A DNA stretch of 64,000 nt from Candidatus Nomurabacteria bacterium (GTDB lineage Bacteria; Patescibacteriota; Minisyncoccia; Phycocordibacterales; SBAW01). Of this stretch, positions 27,548 through 36,925 are shown one piece after another; the stretch's first letter is position 1, and the number at the start of each line of letters is the position of its first letter. The DNA lies in contig CALQZS010000002.1 of assembly GCA_943349945.1 (NCBI GenBank), positions 115,750-179,749 of the forward strand, in the 5' to 3' direction. A model generated the notes under the pieces. That model was not told where the DNA came from and made no database searches. It saw only the letters and a list, made by a program, of their open reading frames with translations. Both the position numbers and the translations under genes were made by a program.

Positions 27548-27976
27548 ATGATGAATATTCTGTTTAAAAAAGGCCCCGTAGCACTTACCAACGCAGGTCC
27601 GCTGGTGTTGCGTTTGGCGCTCGGTGCCATCTTTGTCTACCACGGCTATGACAAAGTGTTTCTTAAAGGTATCCCTACCATAACCGGGTTTATGGCAAGC
27701 TTGGGGCTGCCATTCCCCACGCTTATGGCATACCTGTTGTCGTACGGCGAGCTAGTGGGTGGTGTGCTGCTTATCCTTGGGCTCCTTACCTACTGGGTAA
27801 GTATTGTGGACATGGTTATAGCCACTGTCGCCTTTGTAACGGTGCACATGGCAAACGGCTTTAGCGTCGGCCAAGGCGGGTATGAGTTTATGATGCTTAT
27901 CTTTGCTGCAGCGTTTGCATTGTTTGTAAGCGGTGCGGGCAAATATTCCCTCGACTGCGTATTGCGTAAAAACTAA
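27548..27976 (+). CDS. DoxX family membrane protein
   Basis: LRLALGAIFVYHGYDK, GYE, GAGKYSLD motifs. Confidence 0.92.
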   Translation: MMNILFKKGPVALTNAGPLVLRLALGAIFVYHGYDKVFLKGIPTITGFMASLGLPFPTLMAYLLSYGELVGGVLLILGLLTYWVSIVDMVIATVAFVTVHMANGFSVGQGGYEFMMLIFAAAFALFVSGAGKYSLDCVLRKN

Positions 27977-28162
27977 CCATCCGTACATCAAATAAAAAAA
28001 GACCCTTCACGGGGTCTTTTTTTGTTTTTGTACAAGGTGAGATATAAATAGAAGAAAGTTTGACTACTGTAAAGGTATATGGTACAAAGGTCTTGGAGAG
28101 AGAAACCCCTCCTCCGAACCCACCGTGCCGCGGCCCAGGCCGCAGCCAGGAAAGGAAGTACG

Positions 28163-28498
28163 ATGTCCAAACAACCTGTAGATCGTTCCGTTATTGAACC
28201 GTTCCTCAAGGCCGTCGTCGGCCTGGTGCGGCAGGAGCACCCGGACCTGACGGCCAGACAGATGGCCACCTTGCTCATCTGCTACACGGAGAGTGAGTTA
28301 CAGACCGTCCGCGGCCTGGCCGTGAAGTTGAATGTCTCGAAGCCGGCCGTAAGCCGGGCGCTCGACCGGCTGGCCGAATTCGACTTCATCCAGCGCAAGA
28401 CCGACCCGACCGACAAGCGGAGTGTGCTGATGCAACGCACGCTCCGAGGCAACCAGTTCGTGAAAGGCCTGGAGCGCATCCTCAAGTCCAAAGCGTAA
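28163..28498 (+). CDS. MarR-family winged-helix regulator
   Basis: DLTARQMA...TVRGLA..LNVSKPAVSRALDRL...DPTDKRSV; own promoter, SD and terminator; GC-rich codons. Confidence 0.9.
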   Translation: MSKQPVDRSVIEPFLKAVVGLVRQEHPDLTARQMATLLICYTESELQTVRGLAVKLNVSKPAVSRALDRLAEFDFIQRKTDPTDKRSVLMQRTLRGNQFVKGLERILKSKA

Positions 28499-28571
28499 CC
28501 GGCGAACGTCCCCCAAACCTACATAGGCTTGGGGGATACTTTTTTTACTTTAAAATAAAGAGCGTATACTT

Positions 28572-29054
28572 ATGCGTATGGATAATGACATAAGCCGCGC
28601 GCGCACCGATGCATTAGTATTTTTAAAACGTCACAAAACAGCAGTACTTGCCACCTCGTCTTTGACCGGCGAGCCGCACGCGAGCATGGTCTTTTATGTC
28701 GCGGACAACAACTTCGGCGTCCACTTTATCACCCGCATAGACAGCCGAAAGTACGAAGCAATTAAAGCCAATCCGCATGTGGCCATAACCGTCGCTACCG
28801 CCGACATCCCCCAAACACTACAGATAGAAGGCATCGCCACAGACATCAGCCAAAACAATCAGATATCCAGCATGAAGCCCGAGCTGTTTGAGGTGTTGCA
28901 GTCCAACCACTGGTTTTATGCACCTATTACCAAACTCGACCCATCGTCCCCTGTCGAAATTCGCATCGAGCCTACGTGGATACGCTGGGCAGACTATGCC
29001 TTTGAGCAAGACGGCAACGAGCACGTCTTTAAAGAAATCCCTATCCTTGGATAG
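28572..29054 (+). CDS. Pyridoxamine 5'-phosphate oxidase-like split-barrel protein
   Basis: VLATS...PHAS...SRKYEAIKANPHV...QIEG pattern. Confidence 0.85.
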   Translation: MRMDNDISRARTDALVFLKRHKTAVLATSSLTGEPHASMVFYVADNNFGVHFITRIDSRKYEAIKANPHVAITVATADIPQTLQIEGIATDISQNNQISSMKPELFEVLQSNHWFYAPITKLDPSSPVEIRIEPTWIRWADYAFEQDGNEHVFKEIPILG

Positions 29055-29067
29055 GTTGGTTTTTTGC

Positions 29068-30351
29068 TTAGGGAATTTTGATACTCCCCGCAGCTGCTTC
29101 GTCGTTTCTTTGTACAACACCAGGGGGCACTTCGGGTACAGCTTTTGGCCGGAGCGCCACGAGCGCAAAAGCAGCGGTGAGCACCGCGGCAATACCGCCC
29201 ACCCCAAGCGCCCACCTGCCGCCTGCAAACTCGCCTACAAAACCTATGATCGGCCCACCTATCGGGGTCGAGCCCATCATAGCCATCCCCCACAGAGCCA
29301 TCACACGCCCGCGCATGTGCGGCGCGCTTTCTAGCTGGAGCATGGTGTTGCCCAGCGAGGTTACGTTTATAGAAAAAAATCCGACCACCACCATACCCAC
29401 CGCCGCAAGCAGCAGCGTAGGCATCAACGCCACAGCCAACAAGCTTGCACCAAAGAGTCCTATAAACACACTCAGGTGGTGCGGCGCCACGCTGTGCCTC
29501 CCCGCCGCAAACAAACCACCCACCACCGAGCCCGCCCCCATAGCCGCCAAAAGCAGCGCGTAGCTTTTTGCATCACCCCAAAAGACGTCGTGCGCCAAAA
29601 GCGCCAGACTGATTTGAAATTCGAATACAAACGTACCAATAACCGCCATCATCAAAAGCGTGTTGCGTATCAGCGGCACCGACCACACATACCGCAAACC
29701 CTCGAGCACTTGGCCGCGCTGTTTTTGCTTGGTGGGGGCGCCGTGGAGCGAGGCGCCCCGCATCCGCCACAGCGTGGCAAGCGCCACTAGGTAGGTAAAG
29801 GCATTAAACAAAAAACAAAACCCGATACCAATGCCCGCAATAAGCACGCCCGCGATAGACGGCCCCACCGCACGCGCCAAGTTGTTGACCGTGGCGTTTA
29901 GGCTTATGGCGTTTTTAAGATGCTCTTGCCCCACCAACTCTACGACGAACGTCTGCCGCGCCGGGTTATCGAAAAGGCGCACCACCCCAAAGAGGGTTGC
30001 AAAGATATAGAGCAAAGGTAGCGTTACCATACCGACCATAATCAGCACCGAAAACCCGAGCGTCAAAATAAAAAAAGCGGCTTGGGTAGCGTAGAGCACA
30101 TGGCGTTTGTTGTACCTGTCTGCCACAAGCCCGCCCCACGGCCCGAGCAGCAGCATAGGCACAAACTGCAACGCCACCACCACCCCCAACTGCGTACCCG
30201 AACCAGTAACCACCAACACCAGCCAGCCCAGCGCCACTGTTTGCATCCAGGTACCAGAAAGCGACACGGCTTGCCCGATGCTGTACAGCCGATAGTTCCT
30301 TATGGCTAATGATGAAAAAGTTACGCGCCCAAAACGCCTGATGCGGTCCAT
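29068..30351 (-). CDS. MFS transporter
   Basis: About 12 TM; GGLVADRYNKR motif A; MRGRV. Confidence 0.93.
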   Translation of the reverse strand: MDRIRRFGRVTFSSLAIRNYRLYSIGQAVSLSGTWMQTVALGWLVLVVTGSGTQLGVVVALQFVPMLLLGPWGGLVADRYNKRHVLYATQAAFFILTLGFSVLIMVGMVTLPLLYIFATLFGVVRLFDNPARQTFVVELVGQEHLKNAISLNATVNNLARAVGPSIAGVLIAGIGIGFCFLFNAFTYLVALATLWRMRGASLHGAPTKQKQRGQVLEGLRYVWSVPLIRNTLLMMAVIGTFVFEFQISLALLAHDVFWGDAKSYALLLAAMGAGSVVGGLFAAGRHSVAPHHLSVFIGLFGASLLAVALMPTLLLAAVGMVVVGFFSINVTSLGNTMLQLESAPHMRGRVMALWGMAMMGSTPIGGPIIGFVGEFAGGRWALGVGGIAAVLTAAFALVALRPKAVPEVPPGVVQRNDEAAAGSIKIP

Positions 30352-30435
30352 GTTACTGCTCTTTGCTTACGCACAACGCCCAATAATATATGTACTGTAC
30401 GCTACAGCGCGCTATATACCAAATATACACATCAA

Positions 30436-30482
30436 CCCACAAGTCAGACTTGTGGGAGACTAACACAGTCTGACTGCGTTAG
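30436..30482. repeat. Two adjacent REP-like palindromes
   Basis: CCCACAAGTC-A-GACTTGTGGG and CTAACACAGTC-T-GACTGCGTTAG. Confidence 0.75.
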
Positions 30483-30520
30483 ATTTGACAAAACGGTTTA
30501 AGTTTGATATAATTAAAGGA

Positions 30521-30829
30521 ATGGCTGATATAAGCACCTACCAGTGTTCCAACCAAAAATGCAGTTTTGTGGTGCGCCTTGCAGGCGACTTCCCGCTGTG
30601 GCATGCAGACACCCCCAAAGAGCTGCGCACCCCAAAGGTGGCACCCCATGCCGCCAAGCACCTCGTGCGCATGCGCACCGAGACACTCTGCCGCGGCTGC
30701 CAAAAGGTAGTCGAGCTTGTGGACGCACCGTGCCCCCACTGCCAAGCCGCACTTGCGCCCACGGGGACAAACCACCCCTGCCCACGCTGCGCGGGCGTGT
30801 TTGTGCTCACCAAGCTTTCGGTACTCTAG
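30521..30829 (+). CDS. Cys-rich Zn-finger protein
   Basis: CxxxxC plus three CxxC pairs. Confidence 0.7.
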   Translation: MADISTYQCSNQKCSFVVRLAGDFPLWHADTPKELRTPKVAPHAAKHLVRMRTETLCRGCQKVVELVDAPCPHCQAALAPTGTNHPCPRCAGVFVLTKLSVL

Positions 30830-30869
30830 CCGTGCTTCTTATCCACACACAGGCCTTGCGCACGCGTGA

Positions 30870-30897
30870 TTGACAAAAAGGTTAGATATGCTATCCT
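30870..30897 (+). promoter_or_regulatory. Promoter of the cold-shock gene with a ~95-nt 5' UTR
   Basis: TTGACA-N16-TATCCT with extended TG. Confidence 0.65.
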
Positions 30898-30996
30898 AGG
30901 TTCATCAAGTCAGCGCTGTCTCTATGAGACAAGGATCGACTCTCCTCTGGCGGCAAACTGTTTGATATTTTATCCACCTCTCTTACAACCAACAAA

Positions 30997-31197
30997 ATGG
31001 AAGAAGGAATTGTAGCCCGCGTCACTGACAAAGGCTTTGGTTTCATCAAGCGCGATGGTCAGGAAAAAGATCTCTTTTTTCACTCCAACGAGCTCGTGAA
31101 CATCGCATTCAACGACATCCGCGAAGGTGACAAAGTGACTTTTGAAGTTGCAGACAGTCCAAAAGGACCAAACGCAATCAAGGTCAGCAAAATCTAA
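30997..31197 (+). CDS. csp: Cold-shock protein (CspA family)
   Basis: KGFGFI (RNP1), LFFH (RNP2), KGPNA. Confidence 0.95.
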   Translation: MEEGIVARVTDKGFGFIKRDGQEKDLFFHSNELVNIAFNDIREGDKVTFEVADSPKGPNAIKVSKI

Positions 31198-31244
31198 GCG
31201 TTTGTTTGATAAAAAAACACCCCCGGTAAAACGGAGGTGTTTTT

Positions 31245-31664
31245 TTATTTCTCAGGCTGGCACTTACTGCAACGACACCCTTTTGGCTTTATGTATTCGT
31301 CAAAAAACTCGGTGTCGTAGTCGTAGTTAAGCTCCTCGCCCTCTTTTATATTGCGCTTTGCTAAAATAAACACGCGCTCTTTGTGGATGTCTATCTCGCA
31401 GTTAGGGCGGCACGAGTGGTTTATATAGCGCGCCGTGTTGGAACGTGCGCCACCGTCTATGGTTTTGGTCTTGCTTACCTCAAACAAGTACTGACTGGTG
31501 ATGGTCTCGTCCTCGCCCTTTTCGAGCGTACGGCCCACATACTCGATAACGCACGCGCCTTTGGGTATTGGCTCGCCCGCAAACAGCCCCAACCCCGCCT
31601 TTGAGCGCTTGACCTTAAGCACAAAACCGCGTGGCTCGAACTTTTTCCATTTCTTTTTTTGCAT
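31245..31664 (-). CDS. SET domain methyltransferase
   Basis: GLGLFA, RYINHSCRPN, GEELNYDY, post-SET CRCSKC. Confidence 0.93.
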   Translation of the reverse strand: MQKKKWKKFEPRGFVLKVKRSKAGLGLFAGEPIPKGACVIEYVGRTLEKGEDETITSQYLFEVSKTKTIDGGARSNTARYINHSCRPNCEIDIHKERVFILAKRNIKEGEELNYDYDTEFFDEYIKPKGCRCSKCQPEK

Positions 31665-31741
31665 AGTATTCAATATGTCTGCCCTATCACAACACTACCG
31701 CACCCACTTTGAGGATGCGGTAGCCGTGATACGCAGAGCGG

Positions 31742-31900
31742 TTATTCTGTTTTTGCTTTGCCCAAGATCTTGAACATCTTTGTGCCGCACACGGTGCACA
31801 CGCCTTGCATTGCCCGGCGACCACCCTTCATCTCTACCTCGTTTGGATCCTGCATGTCGCGCTTCTCTCGGCACTTAACACAATAGGCTACTTCTGCCAT
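31742..31900 (-). CDS. Small Zn-ribbon protein (DUF5679-like)
   Basis: AYCVKCREKR...GVCTVCGTKMFKI. Confidence 0.85.
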   Translation of the reverse strand: MAEVAYCVKCREKRDMQDPNEVEMKGGRRAMQGVCTVCGTKMFKILGKAKTE

Positions 31901-31970
31901 AGCAAAATTACTAATGAATAATACACACCAGTATACCCCACCCTGTGCCGCTTGCGTATACCAGTGTGGT

Positions 31971-32444
31971 CTAGCGCGTATACCACTCTCTGGTACGAAC
32001 CAGCACATACACCCCACCAACCACCATCCCGGCAATAGCAGCACTGGCTGCAATATCAACCACATGATGGACATCTGCCAATACACGCGACACGCCGACA
32101 CACAACGCAAGCGCCCATAGCAGCAGCCCAACAGGGCGGCTGTATACCAACACCACAGACGCCAAGGCGGTGGCCAACAAGGTATGGTCTGAGGGGAAGC
32201 CGTTGTCCGCCACATGCGCCACCAAAGGCGTGCTGTTTTCTACCACAAACGGTCGTGCGTTGTAATAGAGAAGCGACACGGTCTTTGCAACGCCATAGGC
32301 AAGCGGCAAGGCCAATGCCGCCAAAGCGAACAAGCGTCGCCGCACCACAGAGGGTGCATACAGTACATACAAAAGAAACACCAAGACCGAGAGCGCAATA
32401 AGATACTTGGCACCAAAAATAACCAGCATATCTGCAACGGGCAT
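31971..32444 (-). CDS. PAP2 family phosphatase (BcrC-like undecaprenyl-diphosphatase)
   Basis: K..RP, FPSDH, SRV...HH..D motifs. Confidence 0.9.
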   Translation of the reverse strand: MPVADMLVIFGAKYLIALSVLVFLLYVLYAPSVVRRRLFALAALALPLAYGVAKTVSLLYYNARPFVVENSTPLVAHVADNGFPSDHTLLATALASVVLVYSRPVGLLLWALALCVGVSRVLADVHHVVDIAASAAIAGMVVGGVYVLVRTREWYTR

Positions 32445-32515
32445 GCCTTATAGTGTACCGCATGTTTTCCCCAAGCACCCTTGGCAGGCAAAATTTCAGC
32501 GTATACTGGGTATAC

Positions 32516-32869
32516 ATGGAGCACCTCGCACACTACGAAAAAGAAGAACGACCGTGGGGCACTTTTGAGCGCTTTACCCAAAACGAAGCGACGACAGTCA
32601 AGATAATTACCGTGCACGAAGGCGAGGCACTTAGCCTGCAGACACACGCACACCGCGACGAATTTTGGCGCATACTCTCGGGCACGGGTACAGCAACACG
32701 AGGCACCGACACATTGCAGATGCAGGCAGGAGACACACTACACTGCCCGCGCGCCACACCGCACCGCATGGAGGGCGGCAAAGGCGGCATAGTGTTTTTA
32801 GAAATTGCATTCGGGGACTTTGACGAAGGAGATATCGTCCGGTTGGAAGACCGCTACAATAGAGCATGA
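32516..32869 (+). CDS. Mannose-6-phosphate isomerase type II C-terminal-like cupin
   Basis: RPWG, LSLQTHAHRDEFW, EGDIVRLEDRY motifs. Confidence 0.9.
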   Translation: MEHLAHYEKEERPWGTFERFTQNEATTVKIITVHEGEALSLQTHAHRDEFWRILSGTGTATRGTDTLQMQAGDTLHCPRATPHRMEGGKGGIVFLEIAFGDFDEGDIVRLEDRYNRA

Positions 32870-33954
32870 CGTTTGTGTACATAGGGTTTTTGGTATTTTT
32901 ACTTATAGCTTTTGTAGCGCTGTACCTGCGCGGCCGCACCCGCGCCCCGCTTGCCCTAGCGCGCGTAGCACAAAACCCCATACTCGAGCCCATTGCCGAA
33001 CATGCCTGGGAGTCTGAAGGGGTGTTTAACCCTGCTGCTATATATGAAGGCGGGCGAGTGCATTTGTTGTATCGTGCGCTCGGCTCGGACGGCATCTCGC
33101 GCATAGGCTATGCGTCCAGCAAAGACGGCCTACACTTTGACGAGCGGCTTCCCTACCCTATTTATTCGCCAACGCGCGACTTTGGCGTACCCACCAAACC
33201 AAAAGGCCCTCTTTCGTATGACACTGTGGTGTACCCGTCGGGCGGCGGGTGGGGCGGGTCGGAAGACCCGCGGACAGTGCGCATAGACGACCATGTGTAC
33301 ATGTCGTTTGTAGCGTTTGACGGGTGGGGGTTTGTACGGATGGCGTTGACCTCGATTTTGCACCGCAATTTGCTCGAAAAAAATTGGGACTGGAAGAAGC
33401 CCGCGTTCCTCTCGCCTCCGGGCGAAATACAAAAAAATTGGCTGCTCTTTCCTAAAAAAATAGGCGGTAAGTACGCCATACTCCACAGTATTTCGCCCGA
33501 GGTACGCATCGCCTACGTCGATACTTTAGAAGAATTTGACGGTACCAAGTTTATCGAAGGCTCGTACCGCAGTGGCGGCCGCCCCGAACACTGGGACAAG
33601 TCGGTACGCGGCGCCGGCGCCCCACCCATAGAGACCCCCGAAGGTTGGTTGCTCTTTTATCATGCTATGGACCCGGGCGACCCTAGCGTGGGCTACAAAG
33701 TGGGCGCGCTGCTGCTCGACCTCGACGACCCTAGTGTGGTGCGTTATCGCTCGAAGGCCCCCGTGCTTGAGCCCACACAGTGGTATGAAAACGACTGGAA
33801 GCCCGGCGTGGTGTATGTATCGGGCGCGGTGGTTGTGGGTGGTGACTTGTTGGTCTACTACGGAGGAGGAGACAAACGCATCGCCGCCGCAAAAACAAAT
33901 CTTGCTGCTTTTGTGCGGGCACTTACCCGCGGCGAGCACGCAGTGCTGACGTAG
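32866..33954 (+). CDS. GH130-family glycosidase/phosphorylase with N-terminal TM
   Basis: VFNPAA, LLYRA, EDPR, VYYGGGD; ATGA overlap with the cupin gene. Confidence 0.88.
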   Translation: MTFVYIGFLVFLLIAFVALYLRGRTRAPLALARVAQNPILEPIAEHAWESEGVFNPAAIYEGGRVHLLYRALGSDGISRIGYASSKDGLHFDERLPYPIYSPTRDFGVPTKPKGPLSYDTVVYPSGGGWGGSEDPRTVRIDDHVYMSFVAFDGWGFVRMALTSILHRNLLEKNWDWKKPAFLSPPGEIQKNWLLFPKKIGGKYAILHSISPEVRIAYVDTLEEFDGTKFIEGSYRSGGRPEHWDKSVRGAGAPPIETPEGWLLFYHAMDPGDPSVGYKVGALLLDLDDPSVVRYRSKAPVLEPTQWYENDWKPGVVYVSGAVVVGGDLLVYYGGGDKRIAAAKTNLAAFVRALTRGEHAVLT

Positions 33955-34007
33955 CGCACCGACAAAACGCATACTCGAAAAAATAGTGGGGTATACTAAA
34001 TACAAAC

Positions 34008-35933
34008 ATGTACGTTATACGACGCTCACCACACAACCCGCTTATCTCCCCCATCGCCGACAAGCAGTGGGAGTCTCGGGGCACCTTTAACCCAAGCCCT
34101 ATCAAAAAAGGTAACATCACGCACCTGCTCTATCGCGCACTAAGCCGCCCCGACACACTGTTGGCGCCGTCGGGCATATCCACCATAGGCAAAGCGCTGT
34201 CGCTCGACGGCAAGCACTTTCAAAACCGACGACAATTTATTGTCCCAGAAGAGCCGTGGGAGAAATACGGCTGCGAAGACCCGCGCGTGACCTTTTTTGA
34301 GGGACAATACTTCATTTTTTATACTGCACTGGGTGGCATGCCTTTTGGCCCAGGGAATATTAAAGTTGCATGCGCCATATCCAAAGACCTAGAGACGATA
34401 CAGTCCAAACACCTAGTAACACCCTTTAACGCCAAGGCTATGGCGCTCTTTCCTGACCGAATAAACGGCAAGATAACGGTGATTTTGACCGCACACACCG
34501 ACCAACCGCCTGCGCGCATCGCCATAGCCCAGTGCGACCGTATAGAAGAGCTGTGGGATTTGTCGTTTTGGGAAAAATGGCACGCCGAGATGGATGAAAA
34601 CGTCATCAACCCGCTGCGGTTCGAGAACGACCATGTCGAAGTAGGCTCGGCACCCATCAAAACAAAAGACGGCTGGCTGCTGTTTTATTCCTACATCCAC
34701 AATTACTTTGGTGGCGGCGAACGCGTGTTTGGTGTAGAAGCCTTGCTGCTCGACTTGCAGGACCCACGGCAAATTATAGGACGCACCAAAGGCCCCATGC
34801 TGGTGCCCGAAGAAATTTACGAAAAGTACGGCATCGTACCCAACATCGTCTTCCCTACTGGAGCCTTGCTCGACAAAAACGGCTGTGTCGACGTGTACTA
34901 TGGTGCTGCAGACACGGTGTGCGCTAAAGCATCGCTCCACCTACCCGACCTGTTGAGCGCTATGATACCCGAACGCCGCGTCGACTTGGCTATACGCGCA
35001 AAAGAAAACCCAATACTTAAACCCATAGAAAGCCACCCTTGGGAGCGGCGTGCCGTCTTTAACCCCGCAGTACTCGACCTGGGCGGCATCGTACACATCC
35101 TGTACCGCGCCATGGGAGACGACAACACCTCTGTTATTGGTTATGCGGCATCCAAGAACGGCGTAAAAATAACCGAGCGCCTACCGGAGCCTATATACGT
35201 CCCCAGGGAAGACTTTGAGCTTAAAAAAGGTTCTCCGGACGGCAACTCTGGCTGCGAAGACCCACGCATCACCGTACTAGACGACATGGTGTATATGACC
35301 TACACCGCCTACGACGGCGTACATGCAACGCGTGTTGCCCTAACCTCTATGTCTTGCGAAGACTTTTTGGCACGCCGGTGGGACAAGTGGAGCAAGCCTG
35401 TACTCACCACACCCGAAGACATTAACGACAAAGACACTGCACTGATGCCCGAGAAAATAGGCGGCCAGTACATGTTGCTACACCGCATCGACCCGCAACT
35501 GTGCGCAGACTTCCTTGATACGCTCGACTTTAAAAAGAGCCGCCTTACGCGCTGTATCGAGATAATGGGCCCGCGCCCCGGCATGTGGGATTCCAAAAAG
35601 ATAGGTATTGCAGGGCCACCTATTAAAACAGACAAGGGCTGGCTGCTTATATACCACGGCGTGTCTAAAACCGGCACCTACCGCCTGGGAGCGGTACTGC
35701 TCGACCTTGCAAACCCTTCTATCGTACTGTCGCGCTCGGTGGATACCATTTTTGAACCTCTAGAGGAGTACGAGCGCATAGGCCTGGTGCATAACGCCGT
35801 TTTTTCTTGTGGTACGGTACTGCGCGACGACACACTCTATATATATTACGGTGGTGCAGATACGGTTATTGGCGTAGCCAAGGTATCACTCAAAAAATTG
35901 CTCAAAATCTTGCTACCGGATACACTGCAGTAA
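34008..35933 (+). CDS. Tandem two-domain GH130-family protein
   Basis: Two repeats of FNP/LYRA/GCEDPR/YYGxAD. Confidence 0.9.
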   Translation: MYVIRRSPHNPLISPIADKQWESRGTFNPSPIKKGNITHLLYRALSRPDTLLAPSGISTIGKALSLDGKHFQNRRQFIVPEEPWEKYGCEDPRVTFFEGQYFIFYTALGGMPFGPGNIKVACAISKDLETIQSKHLVTPFNAKAMALFPDRINGKITVILTAHTDQPPARIAIAQCDRIEELWDLSFWEKWHAEMDENVINPLRFENDHVEVGSAPIKTKDGWLLFYSYIHNYFGGGERVFGVEALLLDLQDPRQIIGRTKGPMLVPEEIYEKYGIVPNIVFPTGALLDKNGCVDVYYGAADTVCAKASLHLPDLLSAMIPERRVDLAIRAKENPILKPIESHPWERRAVFNPAVLDLGGIVHILYRAMGDDNTSVIGYAASKNGVKITERLPEPIYVPREDFELKKGSPDGNSGCEDPRITVLDDMVYMTYTAYDGVHATRVALTSMSCEDFLARRWDKWSKPVLTTPEDINDKDTALMPEKIGGQYMLLHRIDPQLCADFLDTLDFKKSRLTRCIEIMGPRPGMWDSKKIGIAGPPIKTDKGWLLIYHGVSKTGTYRLGAVLLDLANPSIVLSRSVDTIFEPLEEYERIGLVHNAVFSCGTVLRDDTLYIYYGGADTVIGVAKVSLKKLLKILLPDTLQ

Positions 35934-35941
35934 CTACCTCC

Positions 35942-36712
35942 ATGGCAATCCAACCAAAACTAATGGTATTTGACCTCGACGGCACCCTGGCCGAGAGCAA
36001 ACAGCGGATGTCCGCACAAATGGGAGACCTGCTTTCTGAGCTATTGCAAAAAATGCCTGTGGCCATTATGTCTGGCGGCAGTTGGAAGCAGTTTGAAAAG
36101 CAGTTTTTACCTGCACTCCCCACCGAAGAGAATCTTGATCGTTTGTACATATTTCCCGACAATGCGGCACAGTGTTTTGTGCACAAAAACGGCGCATGGC
36201 ATCCACAGTACGATAATGCATTTACTACTACGGAGCGGGACCATATCTTGCAAGCACTCGACGAAGCCTTAGCCGAAGTAGGCTTGGCCGACCCAGGCGC
36301 TAAAGTGTGGGGTAACCGTATAGAAGACCGCGGGGCAGAGATAACCTTTTCTGGTTTGGGACAAGATGCTCCACCAGAGGAAAAGCGCAATTGGGACCCC
36401 GACGGAAGCAAAAAACGCGCCTTGCGCGACGCGGTGGCTAAACGCCTACCGGAGTTTGCAGTGGGGGCAAACGGCTCTACATCTGTAGATATTACCCGCA
36501 AGGGCATCACCAAAGCCTACGGCATCAAGCGCCTCACCGAGATGACCCAGATATCGGCCGAGCAGATGCTGTACGTGGGCGACGCCCTGGACGAAGGCGG
36601 AAATGACGCGGTGGTTATCGAAACGGGCGTACCTACACACGCTGTTTTTGCCCCACGCGAAACAGAGGCCTTAATTGAAACCATCCTCCACTCCCACCAC
36701 ACAGCGCTGTAG
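35942..36712 (+). CDS. HAD-IIB phosphomannomutase-like protein
   Basis: FDLDGTL, IEDRG.EITFS.LGQ.AP, STSVDIT, GDALDEGGND. Confidence 0.88.
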   Translation: MAIQPKLMVFDLDGTLAESKQRMSAQMGDLLSELLQKMPVAIMSGGSWKQFEKQFLPALPTEENLDRLYIFPDNAAQCFVHKNGAWHPQYDNAFTTTERDHILQALDEALAEVGLADPGAKVWGNRIEDRGAEITFSGLGQDAPPEEKRNWDPDGSKKRALRDAVAKRLPEFAVGANGSTSVDITRKGITKAYGIKRLTEMTQISAEQMLYVGDALDEGGNDAVVIETGVPTHAVFAPRETEALIETILHSHHTAL

Positions 36713-36925
36713 CAATTTTTTGACTCAAGTGGGAGAAAACTCTCGTTTTTGCACAAAAACGAGCACATAATTTGAATTAATGTATCTGTTTTGTGATTTT
36801 TTTGCGCGCAAGAGTTGATTTTTTATAAAAAAGTTCTCGGATTTGCTATACACATGCAAAAAACACCCGGGACAGGGGTATAATGTACTTCCCACTACCA
36901 GTTTTACTCATTTAAGAAAACGCGC

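Noticed and set aside
36720..36925. NrdR boxes or a riboswitch upstream of nrdA
   Set aside because: AT-rich, with no convincing match to the NrdR-box palindrome or a cobalamin riboswitch core.
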